Shown: positions 51,413-64,000 of the stretch, piece after piece
Layout of the letters: each line of letters opens with the position of its first letter
How positions within the stretch are numbered: position 1 is the first letter of the stretch
Assembly: GCF_009834535.1 (NCBI RefSeq)
Contig: NC_045707.1
Span: 55,740,001 to 55,804,000, forward strand
Length of the DNA: 64,000 nt
DNA from: Camelus ferus
Taxonomy: Eukaryota
Direction of reading: 5' to 3'
Notes under the pieces: generated by a model
Told to the model about the DNA's origin: nothing
The model's input: only the letters and a program-made list of their open reading frames with translations
Database searches by the model: none
Made by a program: the position numbers and the translations under genes

Positions 51413-53521
51413 ACAAAAAATGAGCTCTATAAAAGAGAAGTGACAAAAAAACTGATAAAGTTCCTTGACTCACCTTATAGAAAGAGGTTTTGTCGGTATA
51501 GTAGCATTTTATAAATATCATCAACAGAGTAACTGGGAGGGTCAGACCTGATGGGATATAATAAAACATAATATTGATGTGCTCTTCTCTATCATACAAT
51601 GCAAGATTATTAAATTACATTTTAATAGAATAGTATGTTTAACATCTAAATATTTGGTGGTATAGAACAGATTTCTATTTTTTTTTAACTTGTAGCAAAT
51701 ATTACTATCAAACTCAGCATAGAACCTATTTCTAAAAAGACACTTTAAAACATCACAATTCCAGTGAGATTTCCCAAATTGCCATCATTATCAAGTGGAG
51801 GCAAAGGCACATTCACAGAATAATAGTCTATTGCAAAGGAAAACACAAACATACAGACATTAAGCATGACATATTTAAAATAACACAAAAGGATTAAAAA
51901 TGAAAGCCTACTGAGATTATTAATTGGCTTTATGTAATTTAATAAGTTGATGCCTGCAGAATTAAAAAGCTAATTATTACTAGAGTCAATATACCATTTC
52001 TTGCTAAATGAGATTAGAAAAAGGGCCCACAGTTAAATGCAAGGTTTCCACTCCTCACACACAAACACCCCCCTCCTCCCTCACCAGTTCTGATTTTCCA
52101 GTAATAAATGACCTTTTACACTATACAAGAGGAGTGTCCAGCTGAAAAAAGGCATTTTAATCCCTTCATGACATTTTTAGTATTTTTGGAAGTAAATTGC
52201 TTGATTTTTCTCTCCATCATGTTTTTCAAACTTTCACTATAGTCTCTAGCTGCTCAATGATGTTGCCAAGAGAAAGTTCTCAGAGGAGTTATTTCATTTT
52301 GAGTCTTCTAGGATGGAAAAGAAAGATACATGGTAGAAAATTATTAGAAAAAGCATTTCTAGGAGTCTTGAGCTATTACTAAAATACAGAACTCTGTTCT
52401 CTCTGACAGGAGAATGGCTGATAGCTTTGTCTTGAATGAGGGATATTCCTGTCAGATCCAAAGGAGGCAGGTGAGAAATTAAATTTATTTCAGATCAGAA
52501 TAGATGGCCAGTTCTAGTTTAGACTTCAAGTTGTTTGGACATTTTTTTCCAGCGTCTCCTTTGGTTATATTATCCACTCTCTTATTTGTTAGAGCTTTTC
52601 CCCGCTGCAACACAGTGGCTTAATCTTGGCAGGTTATTAAGCAACCAAAAAGGACACAATCTCAAACTATTCTAACCAAATCCCCCACCTCTACAACAAA
52701 AACTTAATGATTACTAATTGCAATTAACCATTAATTCCCCATGAATTTCCCCCTTAACTTTCACCTTTTGGGAATCACTAGAAACTTCCCAAATACCATT
52801 TTAGATATTATATTAACTTCGTAGATTCCTATAGGTTTTTTTTTTTAATGACCTCAATCAAGTTGTCTCACATATTTGAAACGTTCTCATTGGATCCATG
52901 ATTTTCTTGCTAAACAAAAGCTCTTCTCTCCACTCTTTGGAATTATACAACCGAATAACACAATAGCATCAGAGAGCAGTTGTAAGAAGTTAGGAGAATG
53001 TTTAGGGAAATGTAAAAGAAAAACTTCACAGAAATGTCATGTTACCAAGAAAGGTCAAATTCCAACAGTACTAGGTCAGGGGTAGGGGGAATACTTCTCA
53101 AATCTCTGAAATAACAACAAAAGGCCAATATATGAAGTGGCAGATGGAATGAAAGCCAATTCAAAGCCCACTCTGATTGCATCCTGCAGGAAGACCACCA
53201 AAAGGACACAGCAAGAAAGTTAAATGCATTTTAAGGCATGCATTTCTCTGCTGCAAAACTAAATCTAACAGAGTTAGCCCGACGGCACTGCCATTTCAGC
53301 GTGTTCTTTCTTTACAGCATGTACCCAGTCCAACGCGTAAGCCCAGTTTTCTAGCAGTACCCCTTCATTCAGCTGAGTTGAGTTTTAAATAGTAGGAAGT
53401 GTACCAAAATCTATGGTAGTAAAAATAATATTGAAATTAAGTGAAAAGCACATTCCAAAGGTACATACAAATGAATTGGAATTATTACAATTCTTAAATT
53501 ATCCACAGAAACCTGTTTTTT

Positions 53522-53844
53522 CCCTGTAATATCACAAAACACGCCAGACTGGGTAGTTTATAAACCACAGAAATTTATTTCTTACAGCTCTGGAGGCCAG
53601 ACGGGAGTCTAACATTAGGGTGCCGGCGTGGTCAGGTGAGGGTCTTCTTCCGGGTTGCAGATTTCTGTACCCTCACACGGTGGAAGCGGTGAGAGAGTTC
53701 ATTAGAGCCCCTTTTGTAAGGGTATTAATCCCATTCATGAGGGCTTTGTCCCCATTACCTAATCACCTCCTAATACCATCACCTTTGGGCATTAGGTTTT
53801 CAACAGAGAAATTTTGGTGGGATGTAAATAATCAGACCATAGCA
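53522..53844 (-). mobile_element. MLT1A-type MaLR LTR
   Basis: ccagactgggtagtttataaaccacagaaatttatttcttacagctctggaggc ... taatcccattcatgagggc ... cagaccatagca. Confidence 0.88.
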
Positions 53845-54719
53845 ACCTCCTTTCATCTTCGTGATCATTTGCAGTAAGAGAGGTAGAGAATATGATGTAT
53901 GGAAGATCGAACAGCTAGAGAAACCCCCAAGGGGGTGAGAAACCTCATCTCTGGATGCAAGTTCACCGCCTGAGTGCTCACATGACACAGGACATGGGCG
54001 TTCAGGACAGCACGGGAACAGGTCTGCTGGCTGGCTTTGGGCTGTGGGCAGGTTATTTCATACCACTGAGCCCTGGTTTCCTTAGCTGTAAAACTGGAAC
54101 ATAACTTCACAAATCTACAGGGTGTTTAGCATAAAACAAAACGCTTTTAGTTAAATTTTATCCTGTAATAAAGGAATTAGGTGATACATAATAATGTTAT
54201 TCTGTAACAACAATTTTAACAAGATTATCGAATGCTGCCAGTTTTCACCTTGTCTAGTGTATTTTATGTTCTATTCAACAACCACCTGCGATTTCCTTAT
54301 AACGGACTCCTGAACGTGTTGTACCTGTGTCTCCCAGCAGAACAGGGATGTGCTCTCCTCCAGGACCAGAGCTAGAGGAACAGCATCTTCTAAATATGGC
54401 CATTTTTACCAAACAACCTATGAAGTGGGGAATTGGCCCTGTTTGGGATATTTCCTAACACTTTTCTATAGGTCATCAATAAAACAAAACAGAACGAGAA
54501 CTATGTCATATTTTTAGAACATGGCAAATCTGATATCAGCAACCCTTATTATTATCATAACTACTACAAATTAACAATCAATGATGATTATTGATGATGT
54601 ATTAGCTACAGTGTATCTCTAATTTGACTAACAATCTCTACCCTTTTTAAACTTTCTCCCAAGTCTGTTAAAATCCAAGTGTAGGTGTTGTTGCTATCGA
54701 GGATTTTAAAAAGGCTTAT

Positions 54720-57226
54720 ACAACGCATTTGTTATCAATGCTTTATTGTTGAAAACAAAATCGAAATTCTCTGGCACATAAAACAATTATTTCTACAAAA
54801 GGAAAGCCTACAAATCTTGATAATTTATACAAATAACGGTTTCTTAAAAAATAAAATTTTAATTTAGTAAACTTGTCTTGTGCTCTATATTTTTAGCACT
54901 GTCTGCAATAATCCACCATAAATCCCTGAGCGGAGACATTTTTTGACCATTTTCTATCGACCCTCCAGCCCTCCCCCCAAGTTGGTCAGTTACTAAGCCC
55001 AGCCCTGTAGTGAAAGGTGTCAGGGACATTTAGTTATTAATGATCCATGCATTTTATGACACAGGCCCAATTATTAATGCTACTTGGGAACTGGGTCAAC
55101 ATGAAGTGCCTCTACTGTGCAATTGGCGAACCTATTAAGAACCAAGTGTTTGAAAGGAAGAACAGTAACAACAGAAAGACATAAAATGTTAAGACTAGGA
55201 AGTCATCATAGGTCAATAACTATTTAAATAAATAAAAATGTTAGACACTGAATTCATCTCTATATCCTTATATTAAATTCTTTTTTTCCTTTTTTTTTGC
55301 AATCTGCCAATGCACTGGAGGATGAAAGATATATTTCAACCCACGCTTTTTGTTTGACCGTGGGTTTGTTGTTGTTAAATGTTAAATATTGTTCTGAAAA
55401 CACAGTGATTTAGTTATAATTTAACTTTTGGCCCTTCAGTTAAATGTTTACTAAATAATATACATATTAGAAGGGCCTTCTTTTAATGCCATCAACAAAT
55501 CTCTCTCATTATACTGCCCTTCTCATAAAAACACCAATGCCATAGGAACACTACTTTAAATTCTTTATCCCACTGTATTCAGATATGCAGCAAAACGTAT
55601 AAAATACAAGGAAAACATAACACGATGTATTTGCAAGTCCAGCTTCCCTTTAACAGGAGTGCTGACCATATATACATGGAGTGTGAAAGGACAGGAGAAA
55701 ATGCTAATTTCAACTTGTAAAGAACTGGTTTAATGAATCAAGTTTTGTTATTTTGCTATGGAAGAATAATAAATAAATAAATATGTAGGGTATTGTCTAG
55801 CTACTTTCTCTAGGAAGAAGTTTGAGAGTAGACTGTTATTTCTACAAAGTTAATTTTTAGTAGCGAAGTTTGACGGCAAGTCAAGAAATGTTTCTCTCTA
55901 CTTCATTTATAGTCGTTTACTTGTGAAATGATCATTAAAGTGGTTACTGATAGTTAAGGAAATAAAATGCCAAATTTACTAGTGAAAAAATAGTTTTCAA
56001 CTGTGAAGAGCACTTGGCAGGAGACTTAGAAACACGTGGGTTAATGCTCCAGTCTATTGCAGCTTAAAAGAAGTCATTTTTTAAATGTTTTTTGGGGAGA
56101 ACAAAATATGGTAAAAATAATTCCCTAAAAACTTATCAGCACTGCTGTTTAGGTACCTTTAAGAAAGTGATTAGTATTTCATACCAACTCTTCTCAAACT
56201 ATAAAATCATTGGCAACCACTCCTTTGCACAGACTTGATTTTTAAACCTGCAACATCTTGGGAGGCACAAAGCATCTTCCCTTTTGTCTAACAGCTGCTC
56301 GTCAGTTATGGGAACCGGAACACTTTTTAAGCTTCTGTTTGATTTACTCCTTATATAAGTGTGAGCATTAACCAGGAATAGCCATTTTAAAAGGCAATAT
56401 CAAAAGCCTAAGAATGAATACAATGAATTTTTCTAGGCAGTTCTGGGCAGATGGCGGGGCAGGAAGGGTTGGTGACATTAAAGTAAAGTGCCTGCAGGGC
56501 ACGACTACAGCCTCCCCAGCCTCTCCCATAAGACCAGTGAGAAGCATGGTTCGCTTTCTTCTGCGGATCCTTCTCAGAACACGAAAAGCCAAGGACACCC
56601 AAATGACAGTGACATGTAAATCATAAAACATTATGTGCACTAGTCAGGAAACAACTAGATTCTGACAGATCCTAACACGGTATTTAGGAAAAAAAAAAAG
56701 TCTTCTACATTTTAGAAATCGACAAGCAGGCTGCCCCAAAGAGGGAAGACAGCAGCGCCAGGACGACCAGCCAGCTCACCAGGATTCACACGCACTACAC
56801 TTGAATCACGGCCCTGTGAACACTTGACCTTAATAGTTTACCATGGCTGAACAGACACTCTGACTTCCTCTCACAGTGTTTAAGGAACAATTTCTCAATT
56901 AGCTTTCAAAGATGAACAAAATTTGAAACTTCGACCTCCCCACCCCCCCTTTAAGAATGCCAAGAGATCCTGTGTTAAGTGCTCTGGTTCACAGTTCTAC
57001 GGGTAATAGACGCATCCTTAAGGAGGTTTCCCACGTTCCCCTTTTTTGGTGTTAACGGCTGTGCCAACAGCGAAGTGGATGCTCCCAGAGGCGGCAGTGA
57101 CCTCAGTGACCTCTCCCTGGGTCTTGACATCCAAACTAGCTCTTGTCATAGCACTTCTGGGAGGCTCTGTTCGTTATTGAAGCCAGTTTTAAAATAGGGA
57201 GGAGGATGAGGTACCGTCCTCCTGTG
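54720..57226 (-). other. TMTC2: Probable TMTC2 3'UTR (~2.5 kb)
   Basis: Repeat-poor, AU-rich stretch that follows the stop codon and runs to an AATAAA on the minus strand. The end coordinate is inferred. Confidence 0.65.
54742..54747 (-). terminator. Candidate polyadenylation signal AATAAA for TMTC2
   Basis: Plus-strand tttatt at 54742-54747. An alternative ATTAAA (plus tttaat) lies at 54858-54863. Confidence 0.55.
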
Positions 57227-57406
57227 TCAGGTCTTGGAAGTCTTTAAGCCTTGCTTTTCCATGATGTTCCAGAGTTTGCGGAGGTTGGACTGCGTGATGA
57301 CGTCGTCCGGCTTGAGCTGCAGCGCCCGCAGGTAGTTGGCCTCAGCCTTCTGGAGCCGGCCATTGAGGTGCAGGATGGCTCCCAGGTTCATCAGAGCGGC
57401 CGGATA
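57227..57406 (-). CDS. TMTC2: Terminal coding exon of TMTC2 (TPR-containing protein O-mannosyltransferase); encodes the last TPR repeat and C-terminus, 59 aa + TGA
   Basis: Translation YPAALMNLGAILHLNGRLQKAEANYLRALQLKPDDVITQSNLRKLWNIMEKQGLKTSKT* matches the mammalian TMTC2 C-terminus as I recall it. A canonical phase-0 acceptor precedes it (minus strand ...ttctccttcctctctctggttccAG|TAT). The stop TGA is at 57227-57229. Confidence 0.95.
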   Translation of the reverse strand, partial: YPAALMNLGAILHLNGRLQKAEANYLRALQLKPDDVITQSNLRKLWNIMEKQGLKTSKT

Positions 57407-57439
57407 CTGGAACCAGAGAGAGGAAGGAGAACGATTAAG
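57407..57439 (-). promoter_or_regulatory. TMTC2: 3' splice site of the last TMTC2 intron (AG, polypyrimidine tract, candidate branch point)
   Basis: AG at 57407-57408 (plus strand ct). A pyrimidine tract on the minus strand runs over 57410-57432. CTTAAT (yTnAy-like) lies at 57434-57439, about 28 nt upstream of the AG. Confidence 0.85.
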
Positions 57440-58689
57440 AGGCCGTTGCAAGCTTTCCTTCGTGGAAGACAAAAATCTTCATCCACTTATGCAAAGGATT
57501 CCCTCATGCTTGGGGTTATTTTATGGAAGCAATTTGCAATTTATACAAATAGACAAAGATAATCAGGAAGGAAAAGAAGTTCTCAAACAGCGGCTGTGTA
57601 CTCTACACTTTAAAGAAGGCAGGCAGCTAAAGAATTTTTTATTTCTTTAATGAGAGAGCATAGGTTACATATGAAGACCTAGTAACTTAGTCAAACAGCA
57701 CTTTCTTGAGAAAATAGTGAAAAGGGATACAATTGCAGATGGAAAGAACTGAACATTTTTTTCAACTCAACACCAAGAAATCAAAAATTAAGTGGGAAAA
57801 GTTGACAAATCTATGTCTATCCATTCTTTGCTTTCTCTCCTTAGCAATATTCCAGGTCAATCACGGTAACATAAAGAAAGACATAAAACATACTGTAAAA
57901 TTGTGCTGGTGTTTTCAAGAGTAAAAACTCTGAAAAAAAAATTCAAATACAATCACTAAAGTCCTTTCCAAATCTAACCCAAGTAGTTTTGAGAGACAGT
58001 CTTTATTTTTAAGTCAAACAGCTTTTAAACTTCTAATGGTCAATGTTAACAATAAATACAGCAAGGTAAAAACACATCAAAATGGATAAAATATGGTACA
58101 GAAAAATGTAATCCTTATAAGAAAAGTTTTACATTATTTGTTTAAAAGTAGTTAAATGATTCTCAGAGATAGAATTTTCTGTGTTGTGTGACAATTGCAG
58201 TACAAAGTTATCATGTGAAAAGCAAAGTTAAAAGTATGAGTTACTTGGAACTAGTTTAATGCAAGGGTTTCCACCCCCTAGTTCTCAAACATTAGTTAAT
58301 ACCAACAGGCCCTTCCAAAAGGAAAAAACATGTTGCATGTTATCTATGAATATGGGCTGTTCTGTTCTTGTCTTGTCCCTGGAACTTTCTGGCTAACAAA
58401 GAGTAGCTAATATTTTGGCAGTTACATAAATGCATATTTCAAACATCAGATAAAACTAAAATTGTTTATGCTAAGATTAGGTTTTCCTTTTACAGATGGT
58501 GTCAGCTATTAATTCTCCTGGCAACGCTATGATACAGACTAAAACAATTCACAATAATTTGTACGATTTAGTGTTTTTACAATGCAAGCATTTTTCAGCT
58601 GAATTCATGTGACTCCACTCTTTACTGTAAAAACAATTATTTCTGAACCAAAAACAATGCTGGGGGAGGGCCAAAGAGCTCATAGTAAA

Positions 58690-58910
58690 TCAACTGGGAA
58701 GAGATGATCAAATTCAGATTTTAAGAGATCTGGATTTGAGTTTTTGGTCAACTGCTGGCTGTGACCCTGGTGAGGTCCCCTAACATATCTGTGCCCCAAT
58801 TATGAAATACTGAAGTAACATCAACTTTTTTGTGTGTTGTTAGAAAGATAAAAGGAGAAAATAAATGGAGCTTAGTACATGCACATAGTAAACGCTCCAC
58901 AAATGTCAAG
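58690..58910 (+). mobile_element. MIR SINE (intronic)
   Basis: agatctggatttgag...gctgtgaccctggtgaggtcccctaacatatctgtgcccca...cacatagtaaacgctccacaaatg. Confidence 0.7.
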
Positions 58911-60865
58911 TTCACTTTTTCTTGTCTCATTTGCTTTGCACATGCATGTTTGTGATTTTTAAAGTTGTTATACATACTTTATAATTTTATTTCAGTAGCT
59001 ACACGTCTCTGGATGTACATCAAAGTTCTCTTAAGTCCTCAACTGCTGGGCATTATCTTCCAACTTTTTCTACATCTTTTTCCCTTTTCCAAAAATAATG
59101 TTGCAAATACAAGCTATTCCTGACCTTCAAAAACCTTTTGGTCAGGATGACTCCATACTTATCAAGAAAAATACAGATGGTCAATTTCTAATTTTAAATA
59201 CCAATCCAAATAAACATAGCTCTAAAATTACATGTGCAGTAAATAGCTCCACGTTGGAAACCTAAAATAACACCACCAACTCTGTCTTCCTCAAAGAACT
59301 TTGTTATCCTACCACCCATTATTATCCTGAGTTTCTTGGTGCCAGGCCAGGACAGACTTTTGAACTATATCCCCTCCCAGAGCTTAGTTCAAGGGTCAAT
59401 AAACAGCTACTAAACTTATGGTGAAGTGTGTTCACAGCCTGACTTACTAGAGATGCTAAGTAGATGAAATGTTCAGACTTCCTGCCATCCTGAGTGGGAA
59501 GAGAGGAAATGGGGAGGCAGAACCACAGTTGGACACCATTCCTTACTAACCAGAAATAGAAGAGGCCCAGGGATGGGGCTGAGAGAAACCAGATGGCTCC
59601 GTGGGGTAGTGGTTATATTTTGAATCACTTTATTATCAGTGTCTGCACCTAACTATAACTGCGACTCGAGGGGATTATTAAAAACACTCAGAGTTTACAG
59701 AGTTGCACTAACTAGGTTGCAATGCTAGCTCTGTTCCAGAGACGTGGGCACTTGGACGAGTGCTCTCTGAGCACTGAGACCTCCATTTCTTGTGCAAATG
59801 GGATGGTAATGGTACTTGCTTCGTAGGGTTGCTGATGAGATTTTATGAGGACACACAATTTATTGTCTTTTCCCTCTTCTGCCTCCTCATCATCTCAAAC
59901 AAACAAAGCAGAATCTTCATGTCGACGTGCCTAAATGACCACTGAGTCCAAACACGGAGGATTTGTGAACTGGCTCTGCCTTTACTAGGTTTGTGGCCTT
60001 TCTTAGATTAAACTTGGAAAAGACAACTGTGAAAACAGGAAGTATATATCCCGCCACATAAAAAGACTTTATTCTTGTTATGAAATTGCAGCCTGGGGTC
60101 CTATTATCCTTAGAATACTTCAAAGTCAACTCTCTACTAACAAATGATGGAAAGAAAGTTAATATTATGCTAAGAAAACACAATTAGAAAGCTCAATCTG
60201 TTATCAAAATAAGTTCTGAGAGCTAATTATAATGGTGTTTTTGGAATAACTTTAATTTTGCATAATCCATGCTAGTGTATTACTGAGACAAAAATAATCA
60301 CAAATTGACATCATGAAGTTAATGTGGGATAGCTGATCTCATAGAAGCTCACATACATTCATTAACTGTGTTCCTTAAAGAGTAAGAGCCGAAGTACACT
60401 AAGAATGTGCATATTTAAGAAATCATTCACTATTTTTAAGCAGCTATGGATTTCTATGTTCAGATGAAACATTTTGGTTTGAATGTGTCTATTTTAATAG
60501 AGTTAAAAAGTTTCCTTTTTTAGTTTTAAAGATCAATGAACATACATTATGTAATACTTAAAACATCACTATAGCTTTGCATTTGAGTGAATAGAAACTG
60601 ATGAAATTTACATACTGATGTGCTCAAACGTGATTAAGTGGGGTATCACTGCCTTAGGTAACAACAGTTATTTTGACATAACAATTTCAAGTGTTTGTTA
60701 AAAATTTATGAGTAAAACTGGAGATAGACTATTTTTTTCTTACATGATTGTTTTCTCTCTTCAAAGACAAGGGCTTTATCGTTAAAGCCTGCCAAGTCTC
60801 CTCTCCACAGCAGTGGCTAGGGTAGCTTAGTGGATGCCCAGTAGACTGAATGCCTTCAGGTCTCC

Positions 60866-61020
60866 TAGCCTTGCTACAAAAATTGCAAGGAGTAGCATTA
60901 GAATTACCTGGGAGCCTGAAAGAAATGCAGAATTTCAAGTGCCACTTACTGAATTAAAATCTGAATTTTAACAAGATCCCCCAGTGTTACGTATGCACGT
61001 TAAAACTTGAGAAGCACTAT
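60866..61020. mobile_element. MER5-family MITE (intronic)
   Basis: gcattagaattacctgggagcctgaaagaaatgcagaat...tttaacaagatcccccagtg...gagaagcact. Confidence 0.8.
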
Positions 61021-63189
61021 TATAGAGGTCATTTCCAGATTCTGGATTATGTCATTTTACAGTTTTTGAGATGAACTTTTCTAGAGGAGGAGGAAGCTCC
61101 TATAGAACAAAGTACATCAGATCAAACGTCAACCCTTCCCTGAAGTAGAATTCCTCTCTTGGCCGTGCAATTATTTAAGGTAGTAAATGTTCAAATGAAA
61201 CTATATTAACAGAAGCTGTAAATGACGAAATATTGTTAGAAGGAGAGGGAATAAAAAGCCTTTCCATCACCAAATAAGAGCTTGTAAAGGTCTCTAAACA
61301 GACTTGAAGACTACCTAGCTATGTAACTGAAATGTGAGAAGCCCAGGTGACGGGCTGGCTGAGTACATATCAGTGTCACTGCTCTCTGCCAGCTGTGACT
61401 CCCAGGCTGGGGAACAGGAACCCAACCACAAATGCTGCTGTCTTCCCTCACACAAATCTGCTCTTATGAAAGACAGCCGATGAAATTCTCAGCATGTTAA
61501 CAAAGGCAGTCAAGCAGCTTGCAACGCAGTAACATGGGGCTTGTGGCTCCACACAGCAAATGACCCTGCCTCTTACTTCACAGACTAGAAAGGAGAACCA
61601 GACCTTTCTGGTTTCCTTGAAGAGGGCAGATGCTTTACATCAAAGGGGTTGTCTAGCCATCATACTGAGGCAACAAATGATGTCTTTTCCAAGTCTCTAG
61701 GGAATTAAGCCTTTTTTATTTTTATTCACTTATTTATTTTGCTACTTTACTGTGGTCTTTGGCTTACTTCTCCAACACTGGAAAAAACAAGCAAAATTAA
61801 AAATAATAGATGTATATTGGGGTGGGGTAGAGCAAAGGCAAGATTGTGAAGGTCTGATGCTAGTCTAATGCCCTAAAGGTTCCCAAGGAAGCCAGCTGAA
61901 CTCACAGGTATCCTGACCACAGAGGACTGGAAGGCAAAGTCATTTTCCTGCTCTGTGCCTATTATGCAGTCTTGGAAAGAGATCTATGGAAGAGGAAGAG
62001 TGAGATAGTAAGGGGATTTAGGGTTGGGAATTCATGTTTCCACTGGGAATAGGACTAAAATATGGAACACTGAAGAGAGGACTTGGGTGAGGCCCAGAAA
62101 GAGGAAAGGAAGGACTTGGTGGAAATGTTCTGGAATTGTAAACCCACACAGGAACTGGCCTCTCTGCATCCTATTAGTCCTTGTTACCACTTCCCTTTTA
62201 TGAAAATAAATCAACAGGCAAGAGAAGCTATGAAAAAGAGGAAGACAGATAACAGACCTAGAGTTCTGGTTTTATAAATATATCTACTTTCACTCAAAGT
62301 GTTGCTGAAATTACCCATATAGTTGTATCTTTACTGTTGTATGAACTAAATAACTTAAGATAGAATGTCAGAAGTTAGCCTTACCCAGTTATCACTCAGT
62401 TAATACACTACACATTTGGGGGATTTTTTCAAGATAACCACCTTTAACTTTCCTTTGGAATTTGCAAACTTAAATGAGTCTGCAGAGTCTGAAGTTTTTA
62501 ATGGAGTCTCACTCTTTTTCTAGTACCAAATAACTTAATGAAGGCTGTGGACTGCCATTCAACTGTATTCAGTCGAAACTGCTTACCCAATTTAATTTAC
62601 TGGAGTGGTAACGATACTACGATGCTTCAAAACTAATGGTGTAAACTTTTAAGAAACATTTTCATGAAAAAGAGTATTTACACATCAACTCAAGGGATTT
62701 CTTTATGTTTATTGTGCCCTGTACATGGCAATTAATTAATAAATAATTACTGAATTAAAGTTTTCAAGATTATCTATCTGGCTTACGGAAAAAAAGTGTT
62801 TAACAGGGACTAAGACACAATGAGATACCTTATGCTCTGCAGTCCCAATAGCACTCCTTCTCCTTTGTCTCACTGGCATGCTTAATGGTCCGATGCCAGA
62901 CTGGAAACCTAAATTAATTATCCTCGATTCCTTGCCTTCCTCCATGCCCACACATATACATTTATCCAGCTGTTAAGTCTTGGCAACTTTACCCCCAAAT
63001 CTCCCTTAACTCTGTCTTTTAATTATACTCTGTCCCTTTCTCCCAATTTGGTTTAAGCTATAATCATCTTTTCTCAGATTGTTTAAATAAAATTATTTTG
63101 ACAAAAAAGAATTAATGAATGGGTAGTTGAAACGACTGATGGGTGACAGATTAAATGAATGGACACAGAAGTAAAGCCTTGTGCAGGGT

Positions 63190-63960
63190 CTTTTATTATA
63201 AACATTTTAGGCATACACAAATTTCAGAGAATACAATAAAAAACTGTGCCCTTAATAAAGACAATCAAAGCCCCCTGTCCTGTTCCTGAACTCACCCCCA
63301 TCTTCCCAAGAAAACCACTACCCTGAAGTTAGCATTTACCATTGCACTGTATGCTTTACATTTTTATTTTTTTGTATGCCTGTAACAAATACATGATCAC
63401 ATACATTGACAAGTTTTAATTTTATAAATTTCTCATTATCCTCATGGGAAGCCATCCTGCCAAGCACCCACCTGGAACTTGAATTTTTTGCTCATCGTTT
63501 TGTTTTTCAGATTTATCCACGTTGATATGTGTAAGGTTCGTGGGTTCTTTCCCATGAATTCCACTGAATGACTACTCATTCTCTGAAGGAGGGACACACA
63601 GACTCTTTAAAGGAGGCTGCCATCAATATTCTTGTGAACATCTCTACACATACGTATGGGAGAGTTTCTAAGAGCAGAATGGCTGGATCACCGGAGATCT
63701 TCAAGTTAGCCAGGGTAGTTTACCAAACTGCTCTTCAGGGTCACTGTATCCAAATGCATTAGCATCAACATGTGACAGGGGTCTCTGTTTCACATCCTTC
63801 CTAACACTCAATATTGTCTGGCTTTTTAAACTTTGCAAATTGAAAGTTGTAAAATAGTACCTTATTCTCTGCTTGATTTTTTTCCTGATGGCTAGGGATG
63901 TTAATAACATTTTCATAAGTTTACTAGTTTAAAAAAGCTAGTGCATAAAACATTTCCCCA
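63190..63960 (-). mobile_element. L1ME-type fragment (intronic)
   Basis: agatttatccacgttgat...gctgccatcaatattcttgtgaacatctct...accaaactgctcttc...cacatccttcctaacactc. Confidence 0.75.
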
Positions 63961-64000
63961 TCAGTAACCACCTGTTCTTCAACACCTGGACAGAATAAGT

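Larger units (their letters stand above)
57407..64000 (-). other. TMTC2: 3' part of the last intron of TMTC2 (continues beyond the window)
   Basis: Lies upstream of the acceptor. No further TPR-like reading frame is visible and the region holds only old repeats. Confidence 0.8.

Noticed and set aside
57407..57472. N-terminal part of the 81-aa ORF (MSSTKESLQRPLNRSPSSLWFQ)
   Set aside because: In-frame intronic read-through across the polypyrimidine tract. The real exon starts after the AG, at 57406.
57251..57650. Plus-strand ORFs of 103 and 104 aa overlapping the TMTC2 exon
   Set aside because: Antisense shadows of a GC-rich coding exon, with no recognisable protein features.
1..64000. CRISPR arrays, operons or a novel multi-gene system
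   Set aside because: Eukaryotic intergenic and intronic DNA. I found no regularly spaced repeat-spacer array and no long ORFs. Apart from the TMTC2 exon, the ORF track is explained by repeats or chance.

Overview
Mammalian genomic DNA, AT-rich and dense in repeats. It is most likely camelid, based on a Vic-1-type tRNA-derived SINE and artiodactyl-type L1 3' ends. The only gene evidence is the last coding exon of TMTC2 on the minus strand (57227-57406), with a probable ~2.5 kb 3'UTR ending near 54720 and the distal part of the last intron (57407-64000). Bases 1-54700 are intergenic sequence downstream of TMTC2, made mostly of old and young transposable elements (L1, L2, MIR, ERVL/MaLR, an ERV1-type solo LTR, hAT and Tigger MITEs). 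Repeat family names come from recalled consensus motifs, not from a search, and most boundaries are approximate. I found no evidence of a new protein-coding or multi-gene system. The most interesting observations are about retrotransposition. (1) A CpG-rich L1 keeps its 5'UTR and 3' end inside one target-site duplication (TSD) but lacks ORF1 and nearly all of ORF2. (2) A 36-nt tailless U2 snRNA retrocopy has a 17-bp TSD. (3) Independent L1 fragments share 5' start points. (4) An old ERVL provirus appears to carry an internal inversion.
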